A DNA stretch of 64,000 bases from a virus, in the IMG/VR virus record IMGVR_UViG_641201025_000001, positions 1 to 64,000 of that record, one strand, 5' to 3'. A program made the position numbers and the translations under genes. The notes beneath the pieces are model-generated. The model did not search any database. It was given only the letters and a program-made list of their open reading frames with translations, and was not told the DNA's origin. Of the stretch, positions 17,886-26,103 are shown one piece after another (position 1 is the first letter of the stretch; every line of letters begins with the position of its first letter).

Positions 17886-17914
17886 GCTTGCGCTCTGTCG
17901 ATACTCCAATTATG
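17886..17914 (+). promoter_or_regulatory. sigma70-like promoter (TTGCGC-17-TATGAT)
   Basis: Lies in a 70-bp gap after gene 17644-17868; a second promoter subtype (CTCGAAAGTGCTTGC…). Confidence 0.5.
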
Positions 17915-17947
17915 ATTACTACATCGACAACGCAGGCATGAAGGGGA

Positions 17948-18184
17948 ATGAAAATGGCAAAGGCAGCAGGCACGCACTTCACCAGCTACAACGAATTTCT
18001 GGCGATTCTCGATGAAATCGTAGAAGGAAAAGCCGGTTGCTGCCGCGTCATCAAGCGCCAGTGCGAAGAATTGGGCCTGCAAATGGGCTCGTTCACTATC
18101 GCCGCGCAACGTCGCGGTCTGGAAGTCGATCGGCGCGGTGCGCAAGGCGTGATGTTCCGCCGGCCGCGACAACAGAAAGCCTGA
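17948..18184 (+). CDS. hypothetical protein
   Basis: Promoter TTGCGC-17-TATGAT at 17886-17914; 78 aa. Confidence 0.45.
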   Translation: MKMAKAAGTHFTSYNEFLAILDEIVEGKAGCCRVIKRQCEELGLQMGSFTIAAQRRGLEVDRRGAQGVMFRRPRQQKA

Positions 18185-18216
18185 CCAACCGAGCCCGCTA
18201 CGGCGGGCAACCTGAC

Positions 18217-18237
18217 CACATAACCGAGAGAACTGAC
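18217..18237 (+). repeat. 21-bp translation-initiation repeat CACATAACCGAGAGAACTGAC, copy 1
   Basis: Identical copies at 18684-18704 and (CACATAACCGAGAGAACC) 19016-19033, each directly before an ATG. Confidence 0.6.
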
Positions 18238-18441
18238 ATGTACGCAATCCGCAACACGAACGCAATCACCGAAACCGCTGCTATCGAAGCGATCTTCAAC
18301 GCATGCCGCTCGAACGATGCGCGCGCCCCGAAAGACAATGTGACGTTCCGCCTGCTCGCGAATGGTGAGTATGAGGCCACGCTGCGCGACGCGGACGGCG
18401 TTGTGATCGCGCAGGCAATCGTCGACAAATTCGACTGCTGA
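18238..18441 (+). CDS. hypothetical protein
   Basis: Preceded by CACATAACCGAGAGAACTGAC (repeat copy 1); 67 aa. Confidence 0.45.
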   Translation: MYAIRNTNAITETAAIEAIFNACRSNDARAPKDNVTFRLLANGEYEATLRDADGVVIAQAIVDKFDC

Positions 18442-18455
18442 ACGGAGAAGCTGAA

Positions 18456-18626
18456 ATGAACGTCAAAAGAGAGGTTGTGACGTTGCCCGATGGACGCGAG
18501 CGAACGCGCCTCACGTTCGAGAACGGACGTAAAACGTACTGGTGGCACGTTCAGCACAGGGCGCGCGAGATTACCTCGGAGAAACATCGGGCATTGATCG
18601 ACGCAGCAATCGAGCGACTGAAATAA
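18456..18626 (+). CDS. hypothetical protein
   Basis: ACGGAGAAG SD; 56 aa. Confidence 0.35.
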   Translation: MNVKREVVTLPDGRERTRLTFENGRKTYWWHVQHRAREITSEKHRALIDAAIERLK

Positions 18627-18640
18627 TTTCTCGAAAGTGC

Positions 18641-18669
18641 TTGCATTGTGAGAATGTAGGCACTATAAT
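18641..18669 (+). promoter_or_regulatory. sigma70-like promoter (TTGCAT-17-TATAAT)
   Basis: Near-consensus match; upstream context AATAATTTCTCGAAAGTGCTTGC is shared with the promoter at 17886. Confidence 0.6.
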
Positions 18670-18704
18670 CATTTCTACCGCATCACATAACCGAGAGAAC
18701 TGAC

Positions 18705-19007
18705 ATGAACAACGAACGCCGCAAACTGATCCGCGCACAATACGCAGCCCTCGAAGCGCTGAAGGCGCAAATCGAGGCAATCAAAAGCGAAGCCGAAACG
18801 ATCCGCGATGAACTGCAATCGATCCGTGACGACGAGCAAGAGGCGTTCGATAACATGCCGGAATCGCTCCAACAGGGAGAGCGCGGGCAAGCCAGCGAAA
18901 CGGCAATGAACGAACTGGACACTGCGATCGATGCGGTCGGCGAGATTTGTGACCTGTCCGATCTTGACGACGCCATGACGGCACTCGACGACGCAGAACA
19001 CGCCTGA
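18705..19007 (+). CDS. hypothetical acidic coiled-coil protein
   Basis: Promoter TTGCAT-17-TATAAT at 18641-18669 plus repeat copy 2; 100 aa. Confidence 0.5.
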   Translation: MNNERRKLIRAQYAALEALKAQIEAIKSEAETIRDELQSIRDDEQEAFDNMPESLQQGERGQASETAMNELDTAIDAVGEICDLSDLDDAMTALDDAEHA

Positions 19008-19037
19008 CCCACTCATCACATAACCGAGAGAACCAAA

Positions 19038-19277
19038 ATGAAAACCATTCTGAACAAGTCGCAGGCCGAAGCCGTCTACCGCGCAATGTGTGAACTGAAT
19101 AACATCGGCGCACGCGCGGACATTACGATCGGCGATCCGGGTGATGCGCATATCACGGTCAAGGAGAGCCGATTCGGCCAGATCGTTATCGTGCAGTCGT
19201 TCGACGATCCGTATCGGGACCACGCGCGCGAGAGCCATCTGAACCAAGGCGACTTCAAGCTGTACTACGGCCTGTAA
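19038..19277 (+). CDS. hypothetical protein
   Basis: Repeat copy 3 upstream; 79 aa. Confidence 0.45.
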   Translation: MKTILNKSQAEAVYRAMCELNNIGARADITIGDPGDAHITVKESRFGQIVIVQSFDDPYRDHARESHLNQGDFKLYYGL

Positions 19278-19286
19278 GGGAAGACG

Positions 19287-19421
19287 ATGAACGTCGAACT
19301 TCTGAGCGCGGCCTATTGGGCTGGCGTCTTCACGGGATTCTGGACCGGTGCCGGACTTGTTCTGTTCGGCGTTGTGTCCATCATGTACCTCGAATGGGGC
19401 GATAAGGGAAAGCTGAAATGA
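19287..19421 (+). CDS. small membrane peptide (44 aa)
   Basis: Two hydrophobic segments; ATGA overlap with the next gene. Confidence 0.3.
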   Translation: MNVELLSAAYWAGVFTGFWTGAGLVLFGVVSIMYLEWGDKGKLK

Positions 19422-19867
19422 TTATCAACTTCGTCGACAACGGGCAGGACTTCACCACGTGGACGCTGAACGAGCAAGGCGTCGTGGTCGACTGCCGGCC
19501 GTTCCAAGCGTGGCTGTGGAATGGCACGGTCGTTCTGAACCATCGCGATCTTAAGCCCGGCATGCTGGTTCAGGTGCAGAACCAGACCGGCCCGACAACT
19601 CTGCGCCATCGCGTCGAGAGCGTCGTTCAACAGTTCGAGTCGGAAGGCTTCACGAAGGAATGCCGCGACAAGCACATGGCGAAGGGTTCTGTGATGGGGA
19701 AGGCTGAAACCGTCGAGGTCGAATTCAGCCTGAAGTGGATCGAGAAAAATCCGATCCTATTCGTGCGCAAATACGAACAATTCTTCAAGGATCATGAAAA
19801 TGATTTCTTGATTACAAGCAAGGTCCGGCCCGGATTTCTGACATTGTACGGAACGCGCAGGAAGTAA
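19418..19867 (+). CDS. hypothetical protein
   Basis: 149 aa; last gene before the terminator. Confidence 0.5.
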   Translation: MIINFVDNGQDFTTWTLNEQGVVVDCRPFQAWLWNGTVVLNHRDLKPGMLVQVQNQTGPTTLRHRVESVVQQFESEGFTKECRDKHMAKGSVMGKAETVEVEFSLKWIEKNPILFVRKYEQFFKDHENDFLITSKVRPGFLTLYGTRRK

Positions 19868-19882
19868 AGCAGCAGAAACGAG

Positions 19883-19916
19883 AAAGCCCCGGCGATGAAC
19901 CGGGGCTTTCTGCTTT
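19883..19916. terminator. bidirectional rho-independent terminator
   Basis: AAAGCCCCGG-cgatgaa-CCGGGGCTTT is followed by a T-run on the plus strand and an A-run upstream, which gives a T-run on the minus strand. It sits between convergent gene ends at 19867 (+) and 19986 (-). Confidence 0.75.
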
Positions 19917-19985
19917 GTGAGGACCGAATTACAGGCCCGTGGTGCCTTTGTAGTGGTCTACCCTCACCGTACCATTACCGAGGTC

Positions 19986-20525
19986 TTAGAAACCGTCTGC
20001 CGGTGCCTTCCCGTCGGTCTCTGCTGCGTTTTTCGCCTTCTCGGTCGGCGTCAGCGGGAGTTGAGCCTTCAGAGTCTCCGCATTCGCGTAGAAATCGTTC
20101 AAGTCGCGGCCGGCGCGCGTATTGCCGTCTGCGTCGATGAACGTGTGACCCGCAAGCACGTTCAACTGGTCGATGACCTTCTGTTTCGTGCTGCATTTCG
20201 TGAACGGGGAACGCGCCAGCTTCAGCATTTCGACAATAGCATCCGGGATACTCCAAACCTCACCGAGTTTGAGAGCCTTCTTAACCCGATCATGCTCCGC
20301 GATGAAGTACGGGTTCGATTCGATTGCGATGATGTATTTCGGCATCATCTGATGGCCGAAATATTCGATACCGAAAACCTTCGAGAAAGATTCGCTGGCG
20401 TTGTAACCGACAACAACCTTCGCCACAAACTCGTCGTATTTTCGAGCATTGGCAATCGCGAACTTCTCATCGCGAAACAAGTAAGGCGGAAGAATCTCGC
20501 CTTCAACGTCGTCCCAATCTGACAT
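19986..20525 (-). CDS. hypothetical protein
   Basis: 179 aa; ATG at 20525 with AGGGG SD; last gene of the minus-strand block before the terminator. Confidence 0.5.
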   Translation of the reverse strand: MSDWDDVEGEILPPYLFRDEKFAIANARKYDEFVAKVVVGYNASESFSKVFGIEYFGHQMMPKYIIAIESNPYFIAEHDRVKKALKLGEVWSIPDAIVEMLKLARSPFTKCSTKQKVIDQLNVLAGHTFIDADGNTRAGRDLNDFYANAETLKAQLPLTPTEKAKNAAETDGKAPADGF

Positions 20526-20529
20526 TTCA

Positions 20530-21185
20530 ATAACCCCTGTGTGATCCGGTGCAGCGAATGACGCCGCGTGATGCGAGCGATTGTATCAGGCTATCGGAAT
20601 TTCGTGGCGATTGGATTGCGAGTGTATGGAAGATTATGAAAATTGGAGAAGTTTCGCTCTGCGTGCGTCGGGCTCGGAGGGTAACTAACGTCGCAGAGCC
20701 TTACTGGACAAGGGTTTGCGGGCCGTCGCCGCGCCATTAGTTACGCTGGAATTAGTTCGGACTCCGAGTGATAACTAAGCAGGCATCGCCGCTAAGTTCC
20801 TGATCCTGTTGGTTTTTCTTCTTTCTTTCTTCTTCTTAGTTATTCTTAGTTAAGAATAGTTAAGGAAGAGAAAGAGGTCGAATGACTTACGATGGCCGAC
20901 CCTCTTCGGAGACGCGTAACTAACTAACTATCGTAACTATCTCCCGCAAACCCTTGCGGCGTAAGGCTGAGCGGCTAGTTACGGTCATCACTAAGGGTTT
21001 TTACTCTGCGTTTGGTGAAATGCCCGCAAACCCTTGCGGCGTAAGGCTCTGAGCTAGGGGAACGGTAGGATTGTTTTCGGCCCTCGTATTTCCACTTTCT
21101 CACCATGCGCAACGTCCCACAAACAACCAATATTGCCACTCGAATTTCACTCCAAGCGGCAATATTTACCGTCATCCGTCAGAGG
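20530..21185. repeat. non-coding repeat field, putative replication origin
   Basis: There are at least 9 copies of a TAGTTA/TAACTA iteron core in both orientations. An AT-rich near-palindrome lies at 20810-20880. A 26-bp element CCCGCAAACCCTTGCGGCGTAAGGCT, with an internal hairpin, occurs twice directly (20946-20971, 21025-21050) and once inverted and degenerate (20697-20722). Confidence 0.55.
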
Positions 21186-22823
21186 TTAAAAACCCTCATG
21201 TTCTTGCTCACCAGCGGTCGGAAGTTCGTCGTCAATGATGCCAAGTCTGCGGTGTACTTCTTCTTCGTTGTATGCACCTTCGTACAGAAAGAATTTTCGG
21301 TTGCCGCCGCCTACGATTTTCTCGAAGCCGAGAGCCGTCATTTTCGGTTCCAAATGCTTGAAATTGACATCGAAGCGATATACAGAGCTAAGTCTCTGAA
21401 ACAGTTCAGCAGGATCAATCACCATTCCATGCCTCACATTTGTTCCGCGACCCTGATATACACGCATTTTGACGCCGCGAATCGCAGGCAAAAGAACGAT
21501 ATCCAGTTTGTCATCCCGGATCGTCCCTCGATCCATGACCATTTCTGAATGGTTGAAGTTCTTCACGTCGCGCACGACATCGTTCACGAACTTGATATAT
21601 CCTTTTTGGCCGAGAGATTCGTAAAACATCCGAGCTTCAGACAATACCTGCCAGAAATCAGTCTCGAAATTGCTGAAATCCGTCGTAAATTCCTTATCCC
21701 ACTGCGGCTGACCGCCTTCATCCGGCTTCTGCGCAACGAAGAAGGGATAAAATCGCCGATTGCCTGTATCGTCTCGATTCAGCCCGTCATACGAATTACC
21801 GTCCATCAAACAGACCCATTGTCGCGGCTGCTGAATATTCCCCTCGAACTTGTAGTTCAGGTTATCTGACGTGCGAGTAATGAAGTCTTTGATCTTGTTC
21901 AGGTCGCCTTTCGTGAAGCCGGTCATTTCGCCAATTTGAGCGATAACGGACTGCCCCGTGATTTCGCGCAGAAATTCATTCTTGTTGCCGGCCAGATCGA
22001 GCGGCATCGAATCGGCGTCCTTGTCGTTCAGCACGTATTGACAGATCAACCGGCCGAAATGCGACTTGCCGGCGTTCTGCCCGCCGATCAGGAATACCAC
22101 GAGCGGCGCGAAACTGCCGGGGTGCATGAGGCGCGCATAAAGGCTCGTGAAGAAGTAGCGCGACACCTTGCGGTTCAATTCCGTCTCGAACGGCTTGAAC
22201 AGGTCGATCATCAGCGTATCGAGGCGCGGCACGCCGTCCCATTCCGGAATGCGCTCGACAAGCGACTGAACCATGTCGTTTCGCTTCAGCGTCAGCGCAT
22301 ACTCGCGGATCGTGTCGCGAACAACCTTCGCCGACTGCTGTTTCATTCCGGCGGCGCTGACCGCTTGCAAAAGGTCGACGGCCGGATAGTGGTCGTCGAT
22401 GATCTCGCCGCGATGGTCGACGACGCGACCCACGAACTCGTCGAAGTGCGGGCGTTGCTTGCCTTCCCCGAAAAGCGCTTTGAATACGGCAATGCGGTTC
22501 ATATCGCACGAAACAGGCTGAGAAACGAACTCGTCACCACTCTTAATCCATTTCACGTCATCCCAATTGATCGCCTGAAGCGCCGCGAGAGCCTTCGCTC
22601 GCTTGATCAGATTCGGTTCGTTTTGGCGGATGTTCTCCGCTTCATTTGCGGTTGCGTTTTTGCGATCGACGACTGAGAGAATGTTTGCGCGGGCTTCTTT
22701 ATCCGCGACTACGGTCAAATCCGCCGATTCGTCTTCGAGGCTAATATCGAGTTCATCGTCGGGCGCAGCGTTATCGACAGGGCCTGCGTCGAGTTCTTTT
22801 TGTGAATCCTTTTTGCGTGTCAT
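21186..22823 (-). CDS. VirE / D5-type (P4 alpha C-terminal-like) replicative helicase
   Basis: Walker A (IGGQNAGKSHFGRLI); ATG at 22823 with GGAG SD (the ORF track's GTG at 22832 is an alternative). Domain order is typical of VapE/DUF927-type primase-associated helicases. Confidence 0.65.
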   Translation of the reverse strand: MTRKKDSQKELDAGPVDNAAPDDELDISLEDESADLTVVADKEARANILSVVDRKNATANEAENIRQNEPNLIKRAKALAALQAINWDDVKWIKSGDEFVSQPVSCDMNRIAVFKALFGEGKQRPHFDEFVGRVVDHRGEIIDDHYPAVDLLQAVSAAGMKQQSAKVVRDTIREYALTLKRNDMVQSLVERIPEWDGVPRLDTLMIDLFKPFETELNRKVSRYFFTSLYARLMHPGSFAPLVVFLIGGQNAGKSHFGRLICQYVLNDKDADSMPLDLAGNKNEFLREITGQSVIAQIGEMTGFTKGDLNKIKDFITRTSDNLNYKFEGNIQQPRQWVCLMDGNSYDGLNRDDTGNRRFYPFFVAQKPDEGGQPQWDKEFTTDFSNFETDFWQVLSEARMFYESLGQKGYIKFVNDVVRDVKNFNHSEMVMDRGTIRDDKLDIVLLPAIRGVKMRVYQGRGTNVRHGMVIDPAELFQRLSSVYRFDVNFKHLEPKMTALGFEKIVGGGNRKFFLYEGAYNEEEVHRRLGIIDDELPTAGEQEHEGF

Positions 22824-23010
22824 TTCTGTCACTCCGAAAAACGATAGGCCGAGTCGTGTTGAGTCGACGCATGGTTTTTCGGAGTCAGGTTGATCAATTG
22901 CATTGTTCTATCGATCCGAGTTGAGAGGTTGGGAAAATAAATTCCCCCTGATACCGGGCATAGCACAGGGGGAATCGATTCTATCACAAATCAGTTATGT
23001 AACAGAATGT

Positions 23011-25242
23011 TTATTTGCCCTCCACAATTTTCGCAATTTCTTTCCTGTGCGAACTGTGAAGCGTCAAATGACCGTTTCGCAGATTCCAGCCATGCAGCAG
23101 ACCCCGAAGCAATTTCACCGCTTCCCGCCCGCGCCGATGGTTGCGCTGCTTCTCCGCGCTGATCGCCTCTTTCTCGAAACCTACCAGACTATCGAACTTG
23201 ATGATCTGATTGATATCGTCGATGAACCGCTTGGCGTCGATCATCGCGGCGGGGTGCAGGTTGAGGCAGTGGCCGTTGCCAATGATCGACTGCGCGCCGA
23301 GCGTGAACGGCTCGAACTTGCGCACGTATCGCAACGTTTCCTTGGCGTCTTCGAGTTCCTCGTCGTCGCTCTGCATGGTTGCCAGCGTGTTCCGCAGAAT
23401 CGCAGCAGCCCGGCGCTCGTCATGCTTACGCAGCAGCGACACGAGATTCTCGCGCAGCAGAGTCGGCGACTGGCCGATTGCTTGCGCGCAGGCCATGATA
23501 TCGGCCACGGTCGCGCCCTCCGGCAGCTTGACGGGCTTCAGCTTGAGAATCTGATCGACGAGTTCAGCGAGCGTCGCGGTCTTGGCATTGGGGCCGTTCA
23601 GTGCGACGCTCAGTGTCGCCACGAGTTGATCGTAGTCTTGCCGCGCCTCGCGATATTCGTCGATCTTCTGCGCGAGTTCGTGTGCGCGCGAAGTCTGGTT
23701 ACGCAGTTCCGCCGCGACATTTTCATCGGCCGCGCCGAAGACGGTCATGACGAACTTGCCGGATCCCGCTTGCGGATGAGCGCTTTCCATGACCGTGAGC
23801 GGACGCACAACGCAGCCGAAAGGATAGGGGTCCGCCGGGGCAGCAGAAACGCCGGTCGTCACCTTCACGATGGGCTCACCTTCAGCCGTGCGGATGATCG
23901 TCGACTCGATATGCTTCAGATCGCCGGCATGCTGCTCGACACGACGCTCGACGAGCGTTCCTTGCGAACCAATCGAGGCGATCGTGTTTTGAAGGCTGCG
24001 GATGGTGCTCGCTTGGTTCGAGTGTTTTTGCGACAGGTCATCGCGCGTCGCTTGCAACTCGCGAATGTGATTCGCCTGATTCTGGTTCAAGCCGCTGAAG
24101 TAGTCGCGATCCTCACGAGCCTTCGCGAGTTGCTCCCGAAGTTGCTTTGTGACGCTTTCAAATCCGCTCAACTGATCAGCGAGCCGCGTGAATTCACCCT
24201 TGATCGAGTCGCGTTGCGCGAGGGCTTCAGCGAGCGCTCCTGCGCTGTTGCCGGCCGCGTTTCGGGCCGCGATCAGGTCTTCGTTCATCCGAGCGAGGTT
24301 TCGGTTCGCTGCGTCGCGCTGCGTGCATGCTTCGTTCAAGGCACGAGCAAGAACGTCGCCCGAATCTTGACTCGCGGCAAGCCTCTGACCACTTGCCGCG
24401 AGTTGCCGGGAATACTCGTTCAACTCGTCCTTCGTCGAAGCATGACGGCCTACTTCGTTTTGGAGTTGAGCCGCGAGCGAATCACGCTCCTTGCGCATTT
24501 CTCCGAGAGTTCGCAGCGCTCGTTCACCTTGAGCCTTCAACTCTTCGGTTTCGTTCCGCAAGCGCGTATTGCTGATTTGCACGCTTTCCAGATGCGTGCG
24601 CGAGTCGTCGCGTTCCTTTCGGGCGATTTGAAGCTGACGCTCATACGAGCCGCGAACTTCTTTCAGGTTGCGAATCTGTTCGTCGGCGACTTTCCCCTTT
24701 TCGACCGCAGCTTCGTACATCAGGCGCAGATCGTGAATGCGCTCTTCTGCCGTCGCATGCTCGCGGCGCTTCGCGGCGAACGCTTCCTCGAACTGACGCA
24801 CCGAGGCGACGAGTTCCGCTATTCGCGCTTCAGCTTCCGCCGACACCGCACGATTGCGCAAGGAAGCCAGTTCTTCGCGCACGGCCGGCGGGACGCGATA
24901 TTGATGGCCGTCCGAACAGTCGACGGCGACGAGCGAGCGCGAATCGCGTTCATGCGCATCGAGGATCGTTTTCACGCCCGCGCACATGTCGCTGATTACT
25001 TGGTCGAGGCTCTGATTGAACAGCGAAACTGCGACCGGATACGGCACGCCGACGCGATTCATCAGCGAACGCACGAGGTTACATTCTTTAGTCGACAGAC
25101 GCGGCCGAATGTCGCTCAGGTCGACGCGATGCGTCTGCGCGGTCGTGGTGTTTCGCAGGTGTTCAGCAAAGTCTTCCGTCACGGGTTCCCACGGAACGCC
25201 GGCCCCGGCACGCGCAAACCATTTGATATTGGGATCACTCAT
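23011..25242 (-). CDS. large coiled-coil protein (744 aa, SMC/Rad50-like heptad repeats without a recognisable ATPase head)
   Basis: ATG at 25242 with GGAGG 7 nt upstream. Long Ala/Glu/Arg/Leu/Gln-rich heptad-like stretches occur between residues ~180 and 480. Confidence 0.55.
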   Translation of the reverse strand: MSDPNIKWFARAGAGVPWEPVTEDFAEHLRNTTTAQTHRVDLSDIRPRLSTKECNLVRSLMNRVGVPYPVAVSLFNQSLDQVISDMCAGVKTILDAHERDSRSLVAVDCSDGHQYRVPPAVREELASLRNRAVSAEAEARIAELVASVRQFEEAFAAKRREHATAEERIHDLRLMYEAAVEKGKVADEQIRNLKEVRGSYERQLQIARKERDDSRTHLESVQISNTRLRNETEELKAQGERALRTLGEMRKERDSLAAQLQNEVGRHASTKDELNEYSRQLAASGQRLAASQDSGDVLARALNEACTQRDAANRNLARMNEDLIAARNAAGNSAGALAEALAQRDSIKGEFTRLADQLSGFESVTKQLREQLAKAREDRDYFSGLNQNQANHIRELQATRDDLSQKHSNQASTIRSLQNTIASIGSQGTLVERRVEQHAGDLKHIESTIIRTAEGEPIVKVTTGVSAAPADPYPFGCVVRPLTVMESAHPQAGSGKFVMTVFGAADENVAAELRNQTSRAHELAQKIDEYREARQDYDQLVATLSVALNGPNAKTATLAELVDQILKLKPVKLPEGATVADIMACAQAIGQSPTLLRENLVSLLRKHDERRAAAILRNTLATMQSDDEELEDAKETLRYVRKFEPFTLGAQSIIGNGHCLNLHPAAMIDAKRFIDDINQIIKFDSLVGFEKEAISAEKQRNHRRGREAVKLLRGLLHGWNLRNGHLTLHSSHRKEIAKIVEGK

Positions 25243-25499
25243 TTCTTTACCTCCGGCGCACGATAGCGCCAAGTGATGTTTTTCCGATACTGCAAATCGC
25301 TTCCCGGCGCTCGCGGCATGCCGGCAAGAACGACCCTCTTCACCACACGCGGGCAACGTTCCAGCCAACAGAAGAATTGCCACTCACCCGCTCGCGTCTC
25401 GCGAGGCCAGATCGCGAAGAAACGCGACCACTCGTCACGCTTCTCCTGATCCTCTGCCGCTGCGACCCGATCCGCATGTGTCCTGAACCGGATTCGCAT
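25239..25499 (-). CDS. hypothetical protein
   Basis: 86 aa; its stop overlaps the start of the coiled-coil gene (ATGA). Confidence 0.35.
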   Translation of the reverse strand: MRIRFRTHADRVAAAEDQEKRDEWSRFFAIWPRETRAGEWQFFCWLERCPRVVKRVVLAGMPRAPGSDLQYRKNITWRYRAPEVKK

Positions 25500-25502
25500 G
25501 CT

Positions 25503-25814
25503 CTACCCCGCTTTCGGCGAATCGATCGACTGCGCCGCGATGAGCGGGCGAACATCGCCGAGAATGCGCTCGTTCTTGTCCGTCGTGTACAGATACGACA
25601 CCTCAACGAAAACGCGATACAGCCATTTCGTATGTTCGCTCTTCGTCGCCGGCTCCGCGACACGGAAACCGGTAACAAAGCCGACATGGTCCTTGTCGTC
25701 GCTTCCGTGTCGAATCAGGACAAGCGCACCTTGCGGCGGCATGACGGGTTGACCGTTCCACGCCGGGGCCTCGTCGAGAATCTCGCGTACCTCGTTCGGG
25801 TAGCGCTTCGACAT
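25503..25814 (-). CDS. hypothetical protein
   Basis: 103 aa; its start overlaps the upstream stop (TAATG). Confidence 0.45.
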   Translation of the reverse strand: MSKRYPNEVREILDEAPAWNGQPVMPPQGALVLIRHGSDDKDHVGFVTGFRVAEPATKSEHTKWLYRVFVEVSYLYTTDKNERILGDVRPLIAAQSIDSPKAG

Positions 25815-26101
25815 TAATCGATCTCCACGTCGTCGATGTTGAAGATGTCCGTCTCTGCCTGCGCGCGGATCAGCTTCGCCGCGCTGACGAACTCCGAGCC
25901 GAGATACGTTTCGGCACGTTTCGCGATCTTGACCGACACGCGACGCTCACCCGTGAGGTAGCGATGCAGGTTCTGAATGTGCATCCCCATTGCTTCCGCC
26001 GCCGCGCTTTGCGTCATGTCGGCTTTCGCGATTGCGGCCTTCAGGATTTCTGCGGCCGTCTTCGGTGCCTTCACTGCCGTGTTTTGCTTCTTCGTTGCCA
26101 T
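25814..26101 (-). CDS. XRE-family HTH regulator (Cro/CI-like)
   Basis: HTH segment MTQSAAAEAMGMHIQNLHRYLTGERRVS. ATG at 26101 is preceded by GACGGAGAAGTGAGC; the ORF-track start at 26137 is an alternative. Confidence 0.55.
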   Translation of the reverse strand: MATKKQNTAVKAPKTAAEILKAAIAKADMTQSAAAEAMGMHIQNLHRYLTGERRVSVKIAKRAETYLGSEFVSAAKLIRAQAETDIFNIDDVEID

Positions 26102-26103
26102 GC

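Noticed and set aside
19895-20522. Plus-strand ORFs (81 and 201 aa) opposite gene 19986-20525
   Set aside because: They start within or after the bidirectional terminator and are antisense to a minus-strand gene with an SD, so they are likely shadows.
21105-21548. 147-aa low-GC plus-strand ORF overlapping the ori field and the 3' end of the helicase gene
   Set aside because: No SD; it starts inside the repeat field and is antisense to the helicase C-terminus, so it is likely spurious.
21936-22676. Plus-strand ORFs (246 aa and others) inside the VirE helicase region
   Set aside because: High-GC antisense shadow ORFs. The helicase frame carries the Walker A motif.
22903-25266. 787-aa plus-strand ORF
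   Set aside because: Antisense shadow of the minus-strand coiled-coil gene. It is Arg/Leu-rich, has no SD, and the minus-strand gene has a GGAGG-ATG start and operon coupling.
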